A DNA stretch of 64,000 bases, taken from contig CBDCMT010000001.1 in the NCBI GenBank assembly GCA_965219095.1, positions 32,001-96,000 of the forward strand, given 5' to 3'. The translations under genes and the position numbers were made by a program. This document shows, piece by piece, positions 41,433 through 52,605 of this stretch. The notes beneath the pieces were generated by a model that worked only from the letters and a program-made list of their open reading frames with translations, was not told the origin of the DNA and ran no database searches. The DNA comes from Bdellovibrionales bacterium. Lineage in GTDB: Bacteria; Bdellovibrionota; Bdellovibrionia; Bdellovibrionales; UBA1609. Every line of letters begins with the position of its first letter. The stretch's first letter is position 1.

Positions 41433-42034
41433 TTTTAGCTTTTGCCCTTTTATTTTTCTTAGGTCATTTTTTAAACTGGGTTTTTATAAAGACAAAAGTC
41501 CCTGATCTATTAATTCTCATTGTTATTGGGTATGTTATAGGGCCTGTTTTAGGACTTATGAAGCCTTCAGACTTTGGCACCTTAGGTCCTTTTTTTTCTA
41601 CAACAGCCCTCATTGTGATTTTGTATGAAGGTGGCTTAAACCTTAAATTTCAAAAACTTACAGCCTCAGCAAGTCTTGCGTTAAAGATCTCTTGCCTTTC
41701 CTTCCTGACTATAAGCATCACTTCTTTTTTCCTTATAGTGACTCTTTTTCTGAAAGATTTCACAACAGCTCTTTTAACTTCTCTTGCCCTAGGATCTACT
41801 TCTTCTGCTATCGTCATACCTCTTCTTAAAAACCTCAATATATCTGGAAAAATGAAAGATGTCTTAGCTTTAGAATCAGCCTTTACTGATGTTTTAGCCA
41901 TCGTTTTGTTCCTAGTTGTTTTAGATTCAACCATCAGTGAAAAATTTGAAGCCTCTCAGATTTTCATTGCTGTAGGACCTAACACTTTAATAGCTATTCT
42001 ATGGGGTTTTTTCAGTGGTATTGTTATTTTTTAG
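41420..42034 (+). pseudogene. Cation:proton antiporter (NhaP/CPA1-like), 3'-truncated at the inversion junction
   Basis: KVPDLLILI, ILYEGGL, GSTSSAIVIP and LESAFTD motifs. Cut at 42020. Confidence 0.85.
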
Positions 42035-43519
42035 TGTTTCCATGCAATGAACAACCTCTCTAGAGGTCAAACCAAACTTAGAATTCATTCCTGTACTATC
42101 CCTCCAATGGCTTTTAGAGGAGGTGTGGAGCTTCACTCTAAAACCAATAGAAGGCTTAAGGTCTATGCTTTTACTGATCTCTATAATGGTTTCTAACTCT
42201 TCTATTCTCTCTACAACAATGATGGTATGTTTGTTGATTTTCTGAGCCAGTAAGGTCATTTCAATATAATCTCGATCTTTAAAGCCGTTACATATGATGG
42301 CGGCTTCAGGGTTTTTCATAAGAGCTAAAGCAATAAGCAGTTCAGGTTTGCTACCACACTCTAAGCCTGAGTTAATTTAACAGTATTTTGTTTAAACTCT
42401 TTTTTTGCTTAAATTTTACAATTTATGTCTTTTTTTATAATATCTTCTCTATGCAGTCGAAGACAGAGCACCACGGCTTTAGCCGTGGGTGAATGAACCC
42501 TCCGAAGCATACTTGCGGACTATGCTAGAATGGAGGATGTCCGTAATCCCGTTAGACTTTCAGAAAGGGCTTTTTCATAATTAAGCTATCTCCATTTATT
42601 TTTCAAGGTTTATTTTATTTATTTCTTCTATAAATAGAGGGATTTGTTTATATCCCCTGACAGTGCAAAACTTTTTTTCAACATGTAACAAGGAAGCTGC
42701 GATCCATAAGGAGATTTGTCGAGGATTTCTCTTCCAATTCTTCACCTTTCTTGTTTGTTGACGAACGATAGAGAAAGTATTTTCGCCCCCCTCAAAAGAA
42801 TCTGTAGGTTCTCGGAGGTTCTTTTGAGGAGGCATTTTTTTTAACTCTGAATATCTCATACTCAACCCCTCCTTAAGTATCTTTGAGCCTATTATAACAC
42901 AACTTAATTCACTTGCCAAAGTAGTACTAAGTATTTTTGATAATTTTTTACAAATTCTCTTTTTCCAACGAAAAGGGTTTTTTGAAAGTCCTTGCCCTAG
43001 AATTTGATCTCGAAATTAGTTCTTCTCTTCTCCATCAAAACAAATAAGAATTTTTTGTGAAAAAATTGTAAAAATACACACTCAAATATGAAAAAATTGT
43101 TGAACTGGATTCCTCAGTCGTTTAGAGCTTTTAAACCTAAAATCCCGCTGAGTTATAACTAGGTTTGAGCTTTTTCAACAATTTAAACGCCGAAAAAATT
43201 TCTTTTTGACGTTTTGATACTTCGGCTAAAATGATCTTATCATTTGCAAGATGGTAAACTTTAAGCTGATCAAGTGTTCTAAATAACTCCTTTTTAGTAA
43301 CTTTTTTGTATAACTTTTCTTGATTCATAATTTTATCAATATGAGAAATTAAAATCAAAGCCAAAAAGTTTATAAAAACACTTCCCTTCATTGAAGTGGA
43401 TGATTTTACCCTACTCCTTTTTTCAAGAATATCGTGCTTAAAAGATCTAAATAATCTTTCTATCCCATCTCTACTGCGATAAAGCAATAACACATCCTTC
43501 CGATCTAAGCCCCTTTCAT
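42020..43519 (-). repeat. 1500-bp inverted duplicate of 38661..40160
   Basis: Both ends and the internal ORFs (107 aa, IS1634 tail, speA piece) are identical in reverse complement. Confidence 0.95.
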
Positions 43520-44368
43520 GAGTGTAACCTTGAGGCTACGAGAAATAACTTGAGAAGGAGAGGGCATCATTTTGCAATAATAACATATAATATTATTATT
43601 GCAAGATCATGATTTTCTTGCCTAATTCCAAATACTTTTCCACCAAGGAGTCTTCTCATCATCTCTGTTGGAGGAACTAGCTCCTTTTTTTTACGTTTGA
43701 CTAAATAGAAAAAGCAGGTCATTGGTTTAACTACGATTTAAACCAATCCCCCTCTCAGAAACCCAAAAATCAATGTGCCTATTTCTAAAAACCCAAGCAT
43801 TTCCAGAAACTCTAGCATTGTCAGAAACTTTAGTATCTCCATAAATCCCTCTTTCTTTTAGAGCTTTAAGAATATTGAGCGATTTTGTTATTTATACGGG
43901 GCACTTTCTAACTCATTCAAAAATGCTACCATTAAAATTTAATCCTTCAGAGAAAGCCTTAGGAAAATGTTTTACAATAAGATCAATAAAAACTTCCCCT
44001 TGAAAATTTAAGAAACATCTTCCTCCGTAGGGTCAAGGGCTGTTAAGAAATCGACTTATAATATTTTTATTAAATGAACTTGTAATTTAGGCTTAGTTTT
44101 AGAAATACATCTTTCTTTTCAAGACTTTGATCTTCTCTGTGAACAGGTTAAAAAACTGTCTTTTCGGTGTAAGTATCCGTCTACGATTTTCTTTTCAGTC
44201 AATTAAAGAATGAACTGAGTCTAAAAAGTCCTCTGTGAGTAAAGCTTTTAAAATAGGTTGTAAATAAGATTGGGAATGCATCAACAACCGTGATCTTGAC
44301 ACACAAGAAAAAACCTTTGCTATAAAATTAGCTTTGTATAGTATAGGTGACTCAACGACTGAGTTATG

Positions 44369-45652
44369 CTAAAACAATGATTTGCATGAGTTGCTGTCGT
44401 TTTCTGAAGATGGAGTTGTGTTAGGTTTTTCTTCTTGTTTTGTTGGTGCTGCTACTTGGGCAGCTTTGTATTTTAAAAGAAGCTTTTGGATGGATTCGTC
44501 TTTTAAAAGAGATTCGTCTAAAGCTCTAACTAACTTTTCCCACTGAGGATGTTTCATTGCCATTTCTCTTGACAAAACTTTCTTCCATAGAGTACGTTGA
44601 AAATCATAGTCCCTTATTCTTATCAATTCTTTAATCCAACTTTCCCATAAGAGAGCGTGTTTTAGAATTACGAAATCTTTTGCCAAGAGGTCTAGCATGG
44701 GATTTTCGAAAAAAGTATAGAACCCTTTAAATCTTAATCTTCTCATCAAGACTTTCGTAACCCAAACATCAAAATGCGAGGAGAACTTCTCCATTATTGA
44801 TTTGTCTATTAAAATTTCTTTTGCGAGAAAAAAATGAACATAATGGCAAAGGCTTTTGCTGCTAACTAAAGAGTTTATAAATTTCAAAGAATTTTCTTTT
44901 TGGCTAAGATGTTCTGCTAAACTTATGTCATCTCTTTGTATGTTCTGCTCAGTTAATTTCTCAACATCAAAACTTCCTCTTTCTATCAATTCTTCCATTT
45001 GAACCCTAAAATTAGTATCCTTTCTTTGATCGAGGAGGGACCTAAGATCATCCACTATACGTGATATCGGTATCGGTTCAGGCCCGGGCCATTGAGAATT
45101 ATTTACATTTATAAGGCCAAGGCCTAGCCTTCCTCTTAAAATTTGTGTTGATGTAGAACGGAGTTCCCAAGATCCAGCCAACTCTTTTGGAAAAATTTTC
45201 CTAAGAATATCCCTAGTAATTATATCATTATGAGGTTTAAGCCAAGATCCAGCCAACTTCTCCAATTTTTTAGGTGTTCTCCGTCTTATTAATTCTTCCA
45301 TCAACTCATGTCTTTTTAAAAGATTTTCTGTAATTGCTTCACGAACTGTATCAGCGCCTCGTTTCATTAAATGTTCCACCCATGAGATCCATTGAGATTC
45401 TATTGTATAGGAATCATCAATAGATTGGAATATGTTATGAATTTCAACCGTTATATCATTACCAGTTAAAACCCTCCTTTCTAAATAATAATCCTTATAA
45501 TAAGTATCTTGAGTGGAGAGGGAGTCATTTGCATGTTGCGAAGATGTTTGTGAATTTGAGTGAATGCTCCATGAGATGAAAGTTAGAAAGCTTATAAGAA
45601 AAGCAAGTGCTTTGAATTTCTTTAGGATTGTTCTGCTTTTTGATGTGAACAT
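44369..45652 (-). CDS. Secreted hypothetical protein (427 aa)
   Basis: Signal-like N-terminus, internal LAGSW duplication, low-complexity linker, and C-terminus SCKSLF. Confidence 0.75.
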   Translation of the reverse strand: MFTSKSRTILKKFKALAFLISFLTFISWSIHSNSQTSSQHANDSLSTQDTYYKDYYLERRVLTGNDITVEIHNIFQSIDDSYTIESQWISWVEHLMKRGADTVREAITENLLKRHELMEELIRRRTPKKLEKLAGSWLKPHNDIITRDILRKIFPKELAGSWELRSTSTQILRGRLGLGLINVNNSQWPGPEPIPISRIVDDLRSLLDQRKDTNFRVQMEELIERGSFDVEKLTEQNIQRDDISLAEHLSQKENSLKFINSLVSSKSLCHYVHFFLAKEILIDKSIMEKFSSHFDVWVTKVLMRRLRFKGFYTFFENPMLDLLAKDFVILKHALLWESWIKELIRIRDYDFQRTLWKKVLSREMAMKHPQWEKLVRALDESLLKDESIQKLLLKYKAAQVAAPTKQEEKPNTTPSSENDSNSCKSLF

Positions 45653-46242
45653 TTCCCTTTTTCCTTTCTTATGGAGGTTAATTTTAAATCTTCAGTAAGT
45701 TTAGACTTTGCAACGTTTTTTTAAATCCTCTAGTGTAATTTTTTGGATTCATCTTTAGTTTTGTTGTATTCCTTGAGTGCTGTCTCCAAGACTCTTTTTT
45801 CTAGTTTGTCCTTTATTAGTAGTCATAAAAACATGATCGCTATTTTTATCTGTGTTCTTGATAGCTGTTGCTATTTCGGTTACTAACTGTTCCATATTTT
45901 TAACCTCTATTGTCTTTTTGTTTTTGCTTTTGTTCAGAAGTTTTAAATCAAATACTTCAAAAAGACTGAAAATTGACACTTACTTTACTATTTACGTTCT
46001 TGCTGATAATGTTTTTTGCATCAATTCCTTTTTTCTCATGTCAGCTTTGGGTTTTTCTTCTTGTAGCAGAACTTACGGAAAGAAAAACAACTGTTTAGAA
46101 CTCCTAGCAGAAAAATAGTTTTAAAAATGTCTTTATGTTTTCATGTTCTTTATCTCCTTTCCTTATCTTTACTTCTTTTTTAGAATAAGCTAAGTTTGCA
46201 AAAAAATCAAGAAAAATTTTTTATTTATAACAGCAACTTGAA

Positions 46243-47608
46243 GAGGATGTCCGTAATCCCGTTAGGGTTTCAGAAGGGACTTTTTCATAATTAAGCTATC
46301 TCCATTTGTTTTTCAAGGGTTATTTTATTTATTTCTTCTATAAATAGAGGGATTTGTTTATGTCCCCTGATAGTGCGAAATTTTTTCTCGACATGTAACA
46401 AGGAAGCTGCGACCCATAAGGAGATTTGTCGAGGATTTTTTTTCCAATTCTTCACTCTTCCTGTTTGTTGACGAACGATAGAGAAGGCACTTTCTATTGG
46501 GTTCGTAGAGCTTAAAGTCTTTCGTAAAAGAGGAGGAGTTTTTAAACGAAGGACTGTCAATGTTTCTAAATGGGCTTCTTTAAGACTTTCTGAAGCTTCA
46601 GAGCTTATTTTTTTAAGCCACTTCAGAAGACTATCATGTTCTTTTTTAGCACTTTCATAATCTTCCAATCCATGAAGTTTTTTCCAACGTCTTTTAAACT
46701 CTAAGTGCTTTTCTTTGGGAAGATAGGAGAGGATATTCCTCTCCTTATGATGAATGCATCTTTGAACCAAAGAGTTCTGTCCAAAAACATCATTGATGGA
46801 TTTGCGAAGAGCTTTGCTTCCGTCAGTCACAAACAGTTTTTTGCTATCTTGTGGAAGACCACGTTCTATAAGATTTTGCAAGAGGTCTGTCACGATGACA
46901 GCGTTCTCTGTAGAGCCTTCTCTGAGACCTAAAATCATCTTTTTTCCTTCACTTGTAATTCCAAGAACGCAAATCACTGTTCTTTTTGAAAATTCAATGC
47001 CGTCAATCATTAAAAGCCACGAAACTTTCTTGTGAAAGATTCCGAGACTGAATGGCTTCCAAAGACTTTTGACAACTCATCTTGAAAGCTTTACTGACAG
47101 AGGATTTTTTTAAACCTAAGCCGTCTTCCAACTTCCTTTGTAAAGGCTCATAGTTTCTGGTGCTGACTCCTAAAAGCATAGCCCTCATTACATCTTCACA
47201 GAGAAGATCAAAGCTCTGGAGAACTGTATAACTCTCCAGAGGAACTTCCTCTTTGTTTTTTCTAAGACGAGGACGTTGAACTCTTATCCTCTGTCCTTGA
47301 AGAATAACAGATCCTTTCCCACTTCCTCCTCTGTGACAGAGACCCTCTGACTTTTTGTGGGAAAAGGGCTTTCCGCAGAGTCTTTTTACTTCCTCTTGGA
47401 AAAGATCATGGACTAATTTCAGCGTTGCTCCTTCAAGCTGCATAGCAATAAGCTGGCGAATCTTCTCATGTTTATTTTTTACCATTTGTAACTGGGATTG
47501 ATATTGTGTATCTTTCATTTGGGGCTCCTTTTTGGTTTGTTTATAATACCCTGAGTTTAGCTCAGGGGAGCCCCTTCTTCAAACCCTAACGACTTTACGG
47601 ACAATCTC
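46243..47608 (-). mobile_element. IS256-family element (1366 bp); transposase frameshifted near 47005
   Basis: 8-bp TSD AACTTGAA. GVSTRNY, MIDG, VTDG, QRCIHHK and STNPIES motifs. Confidence 0.93.
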
Positions 47609-47720
47609 AACTTGAAGCAGAAAGACTTTGAGAAGGTGTGATAATTTTTGTCAGTCGTATAAAATTTATACACTTTTTTGCACATTTTTTTTGCGATACT
47701 TTTTCAGAAAAGCCTTTAAA

Positions 47721-49209
47721 CCTAAAATCCCGTTAAGTTATAACTAGGATTTTAACAAAATCTTATAAGTGCTTAAAAATACGGTGATTTTTTTAATTTT
47801 TTTTCTTGCAATCTCTTTTTCCATGGTTATAATTATAACTATGAGCTACAGAGTCGAGCAAAAAATTAAAGGAAAAATTTACATTTATGAAGTTAAGAGC
47901 TTTTGGGATAAATCCAAGCAACAAGCAAGACAAAAAAGAACTTATCTTGGACGCAAGGATGAAAAAACAGGCAAAATTGTTTTAACTTCTAAAAACTCTA
48001 TTGTTCCTAAAGGTTCCTATAAATTTGGCAGTTTTTTTCTACTTAAAAATCTATCTGATCAAATTAATTTAACAAAAGTTCTAAAAAAAGTTTTTCCATA
48101 CGATTACAAAAAATACCTTTCTGTTGTATTTTACAAAGTGATCCAAGCTGATCCTTACTATTTATACAAGCTATGGGAAGAGGAAACCTATACTTTTTCC
48201 AATATTGGGCTTGATTCCCAGAGAATAAGTGAGATGCTCTTGGATATTGGAAAAAATGAAAAGCACATTGAAGTGTTTTTTAGCAATTGGATTAATGAGT
48301 AGGACAATAAATATTCAGTTATGTTTGATATTTCATCCATTTCTTCTTATTCTAAAAATAACGAACTAGTTGATCGTAGCTATAACTGTGACAAGAAGAA
48401 TCTCGGTCAAACAAATTTAGGGATTATTAGTAGACGTGAGAAAAACTCTATTCAACTACCTTTAGCTTATAGAATATATCCTGGAAGTATATCGGATGTA
48501 GTAACTTTAAAAAACATAATTAAACTGATTAAGTACTATAAACTTAATGTTAATTATTTTGTTATGGATAGAGGTTTTTATAGCAAGGAAAATATACGAG
48601 AGATGAATAACAAAGGGCTAAAATTCCTCCTACCACTGGTCTTTACAACACGAAAAGCAAAACAATTAGTTTATGATTTTGATGAAGAAATCAGCAAACC
48701 TATTTGCTCTTTTTTATACAATGAAAATGTTTATTCTCATGTAAGGACTAAGGTAGAAATAAATGGAGTTATGTGTGTAGCACATATTTTTTTAGATAAA
48801 GAAAGAAGAGCAAGGGAGGAGAGTTTGTTGATAAGAAAAATGTCATATTTGGAATCAATTTTCTCAGAGAAGGGTTTTAAAGATGAAATAAGTGCTGAAG
48901 AATATATTAAAGAAACAATGAAGTCAAAGAGAAGATTCTTTAAAGTAAAGAAGAGAAATAAAAGGGTTACTATAGAAAGAGATGAAGTTTTCCTCAAAGA
49001 GGCAGTTATGCAAATGGGAAAGTTTATTTTTATTACAAATGAAAGGGGCTTAGATCGGAAGGATGTGTTATTGCTTTATCGCAGTAGAGATGGGATAGAA
49101 AGATTATTTAGATCTTTTAAGCACGATATTCTTGAAAAAAGGAGTAGGGTAAAATCATCCACTTCAATGAAGGGAAGTGTTTTTATAAACTTTTTGGCTT
49201 TGATTTTAA
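47721..49209 (+). mobile_element. IS1634-like type B, copy 2, 3'-truncated; same in-frame TAG
   Basis: Identical to 37343-38829 by inspection. Confidence 0.9.
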
Positions 49210-49441
49210 AAGCTGTAGCAGAAACAATTAGCCCTTTTACATAAGTTGAAGTATTAGATACCGACACCTCTACATAATCACTTAACCCGCTTAGCTCCTC
49301 TTCTACAGTAATCACATAAGAGCAATGTCTTCTATTGCGATGGTCTCGTCCATAAGAATCATAATGGTAGTCCTCCTCATCTAGATAGGAGATAACTTGT
49401 TGGAAAACAGAATTAATTCCTCCCCAGCCGTTGATGGCTTT
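49210..49441 (-). repeat. 232-bp inverted duplicate of 53518..53749
   Basis: Reverse complement encodes KAINGWGGINSVFQQ...IVSATA, identical to part of 52606..53931. Confidence 0.95.
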
Positions 49442-50116
49442 ATGAATCGAGCTCATGCTTATAAGGCTTTAGTACATGAGACCAAAAGTGATGATAAGGT
49501 CAGTATGGGGCTTTATTTTTACCCTGTTCTTATGGCTAGTGATATTTTGCTTTTTTCTTCAGATCAGGTTCCTGTAGGAGAGGATCAACTTCAGCACATT
49601 GAGTTTGCTCGTGATATTGCAAAAAAATTTAACAACAAATACGGTGAGATTTTGAAAGTCCCTCAAGCTGTGAAACAATCAAAAAAATCAATTTTAGGCA
49701 CTGATGGAAGAAAGATGTCAAAAAGCTATGACAATACTATCTGTATGTTTGATGATCCTCAAAAACTAAGAAAATCCATTATGAAAATTAAAACTGATTC
49801 TTTAGGTATTGATGAGCCTAAAAGTGTTGAATCATGTCTTTTATTCCATCTTTATCAAGAGTTCGCTAATGAACAAGAAATTGAAGTTTTAAAACATAAA
49901 TATCAAGAAGGGGTAGGTTGGGGTGAGGTCAAAGAAATTTTATTTTTGAAAATAGAGTCTTTTTTTGAATCTTCCTATGAAAAGTACCTTTATTACAAAA
50001 ACAAACCTCAAGAAGTAGAAGAGATTTTACAAGCAGGAGCTAGGAGAGTCCGTAAAGAGGCTTTAAGCCTTTTAAAAGATATCCGAAAAGCCATAGGTCT
50101 TAGTCATACTTTTTAA
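49442..50116 (+). pseudogene. trpS: Tryptophanyl-tRNA synthetase, 3' part only (HIGH region absent)
   Basis: MNRAHAYK, YPVLMASDILL, VPVGEDQLQHIEFARDIA and GRKMSKS motifs. Confidence 0.92.
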
Positions 50117-50332
50117 ATCATGAATTTTTTGTCTATCATCCTATTTTTATACCCATAGAACAAAGTAATTTTATTGACAATAAATCATCTTAGATAGCTT
50201 TAACTTTGGTTTGAATCATTTTCTTATCTTTCATCTTGAAATTGACAATACATCCATGAAATCTCTTACTAGAGAACACCTTATGAGGTTATGATGAAAA
50301 AAATTCTTGCACTGGGTAGTTGCAGTTAGGAA

Positions 50333-51283
50333 CTATTTGAATCGAATCTCCAAACAGTAAATACCATAAGATTGAACATAATAGTTAGTGTTTGAAGATG
50401 TTTTGCAGTTTTTATTTTTATTTAAATAAACTTGTGCTGAATAGGGTGGGAGGTTCTGCAGAGGTTTTTTGCGAGGATGAGCTTTAGGGCTTTCTATAAC
50501 AACATAACCCCATGGATCTAAAACGTTGGGAAAAAATCTAGCTAACTGGAAAGCTTTAAAACTTTCTTTAAAGGAAGAGCAAGTCTTTATGCGAAGTACA
50601 TTCTTTTTATTTTTTTGCTCTTTTAAGGTCTCCTCAATAAAATCTAGACCTTGTTTTTGAGATGATGATGTTAGAAGGTTGTGGAAGAGTTCATCTTCTC
50701 CACAGATTCTATAAACATAGTAAAAGTACTGGAAAAGCTGTCCATATTGAGATAGAGATTCTCTTGCTTTCAAATCTTCAGTCCATTGATGAGGTGAATG
50801 TATTTTAGTTAATGAAACTTCAGGTTTTTGAATCCCCTGATCGATAACAGCATTTAGTTTTTGCGTGATTAAATATTCAGAAAGAAGAGCTATACCTTCT
50901 TGCACCCATAATTTTTCATGAGGGCGATAGTAATTATGAATTAAATGGGTTATTTCATGGGAGAGGAGTTTTCTTCGGCTGTTTTGGTTTGATGTGAAAA
51001 AGTCATAATTCCCTATAAAAATAGTATTTGATGCAGGATGATAAAGTCCTCCAAAAGCCACCTTTTTTTCATTTGTAAACTCTATTGTCCATGATAGAGA
51101 GGAAGGTAGATGCTGTTTAATGATCGCACTTTTTAAAATAAAGGAAAGGTCTTGTTCTATCAAAAATCTTTTATCCTTTTTTAAATAAGAGGGCTGAATC
51201 TTATAGTCTCCCCATACGAAACATATTCCTACTAAGGAACAAAATAAAAAAATGAATTCGGATTTTATTGATTTATAACTCAT
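50333..51283 (-). CDS. Secreted gluzincin-like zinc metallopeptidase
   Basis: Signal peptide, then HEITH followed by WVQEGIA. Confidence 0.75.
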   Translation of the reverse strand: MSYKSIKSEFIFLFCSLVGICFVWGDYKIQPSYLKKDKRFLIEQDLSFILKSAIIKQHLPSSLSWTIEFTNEKKVAFGGLYHPASNTIFIGNYDFFTSNQNSRRKLLSHEITHLIHNYYRPHEKLWVQEGIALLSEYLITQKLNAVIDQGIQKPEVSLTKIHSPHQWTEDLKARESLSQYGQLFQYFYYVYRICGEDELFHNLLTSSSQKQGLDFIEETLKEQKNKKNVLRIKTCSSFKESFKAFQLARFFPNVLDPWGYVVIESPKAHPRKKPLQNLPPYSAQVYLNKNKNCKTSSNTNYYVQSYGIYCLEIRFK

Positions 51284-51570
51284 ACCTCTTTCCTTGCATT
51301 TATGAAAATCTTAGCGACAGAACTTAATGCATCGTAGCATTTTTAAGCTGATTTGTCCATCATTTTAAATCATCACCTGCAAGTTATTGAAATTATATTT
51401 TAAATAAGTAAACTATAACGCACCATTTCTTCGTATTAGAATTTAACAAATGTATCACTATTTACATTAATATTTTATGTATATTTTTCATATTAAATTT
51501 TAATATATTGAAATTACTTATTTTTATTCTTAAATATAATAACTATGTATTTTTTACACGAAATAAATTT

Positions 51571-51603
51571 AACAAAAATTTTTTAAATTAAAAAATTTTT
51601 GTT
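51571..51603. promoter_or_regulatory. Perfect 16-bp-arm palindrome in the divergent AT-rich intergenic region (candidate operator)
   Basis: AACAAAAATTTTTTAA-A-TTAAAAAATTTTTGTT, 57 bp upstream of the TIGR02147 gene. Confidence 0.45.
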
Positions 51604-51660
51604 GCTATTTTCTCCCTTGTTAGTTTATACTTGCTCAAAAGAGAAAGGAAATAGAACAAA

Positions 51661-52578
51661 ATGGAATATGAAAAAGAAAAGGGCTTACCAAAAAAGGGTG
51701 CAAGACAGGATTTTTATTCTGATTTACCTGATGTTTTTCAATACCAAGATTATAGAGAGTTTTTAAAACATTGGTTTGAAGCGAAAAAAAAGCAAAGAAA
51801 TAATTACTCTGGAGCTATTTTTGCTAAAAAAGGAGGTTTTAACTCCCATACTCTCCTGAAAATGGTTATTGATAAAAAAAGAAACCTCACCTATAACACT
51901 CTCTTAGCTTTTTCCAAAGCCTTAGGTTTAAAAACTAAACAAAGGCAATATTTTGAAAAGCTAGTTTTGTTCAATCAAGCCAAGAGTTCAGAGGTGAAGG
52001 CTGATTTTTTCCATGAACTTTGTCTGCTTTCCAAACAATCTAAGTACACAGTTTTAGATAAAATTAAGAACTACCAAAGATATTGCTCTTACTGGTATGT
52101 GATAGCAATTCATGAAATGACGGCCTTGGAGGACTTTAGAGATGATCCTGAGTGGATAGCAAAAAAATTAAAAAATAAGATCACAAAAAAGGAGGCGCAA
52201 AAAGCATGGCAGACTTTATTAGACTTAGGCTTTGTTGTGAAGAAGAAGGGACGCTTTGAGGCTGTTGATCCAGTAATTGATTTCAGTACAGGAAAGGCTG
52301 ATTTTGTGATTCAAAATTTTCATAAACAATATTTGAAACATACGTTTTCTTTTATTGATAAGGAAGGTCTTGCAGAAAGAGAGCTTTCCTCTCTAACTTT
52401 GGCTGTATCCAGTGAAGATAAGGAGAAAATTCGAGAAATGGTCAATGAATTCAGAAGATATATTAATTTAATTTATACAAAATCAAGACAAAAACAAAAA
52501 CCTCGTCATTTACTAGCCATAAATATGCAGATTTTAAATCTTACTACAGAAGTTAAAGAGGATGATATAAAAAAATAA
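51661..52578 (+). CDS. TIGR02147 family protein (XRE-like HTH plus DUF4423), putative regulator
   Basis: VFQYQDYREFL..., YFEKLVLFNQAK, WYVIAIHEM, IQNFHKQ, ERELSSLTLAV and EFRR motifs. Confidence 0.88.
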   Translation: MEYEKEKGLPKKGARQDFYSDLPDVFQYQDYREFLKHWFEAKKKQRNNYSGAIFAKKGGFNSHTLLKMVIDKKRNLTYNTLLAFSKALGLKTKQRQYFEKLVLFNQAKSSEVKADFFHELCLLSKQSKYTVLDKIKNYQRYCSYWYVIAIHEMTALEDFRDDPEWIAKKLKNKITKKEAQKAWQTLLDLGFVVKKKGRFEAVDPVIDFSTGKADFVIQNFHKQYLKHTFSFIDKEGLAERELSSLTLAVSSEDKEKIREMVNEFRRYINLIYTKSRQKQKPRHLLAINMQILNLTTEVKEDDIKK

Positions 52579-52605
52579 AAAAACCAAAATTATAAGGAGA
52601 AAAAA

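Noticed and set aside
41999..42319. Second speA gene
   Set aside because: Part of the 1500-bp inverted duplicate.
43520..44340. Coding genes in this interval
   Set aside because: Only decayed scraps with stops (a VSDNARVSGNAWV hexapeptide-like piece and a diverged IS256 piece).
49076..49456. 126-aa ORF and the first 15 aa of ORF 49397..50116
   Set aside because: Both are products of the 232-bp inverted patch.
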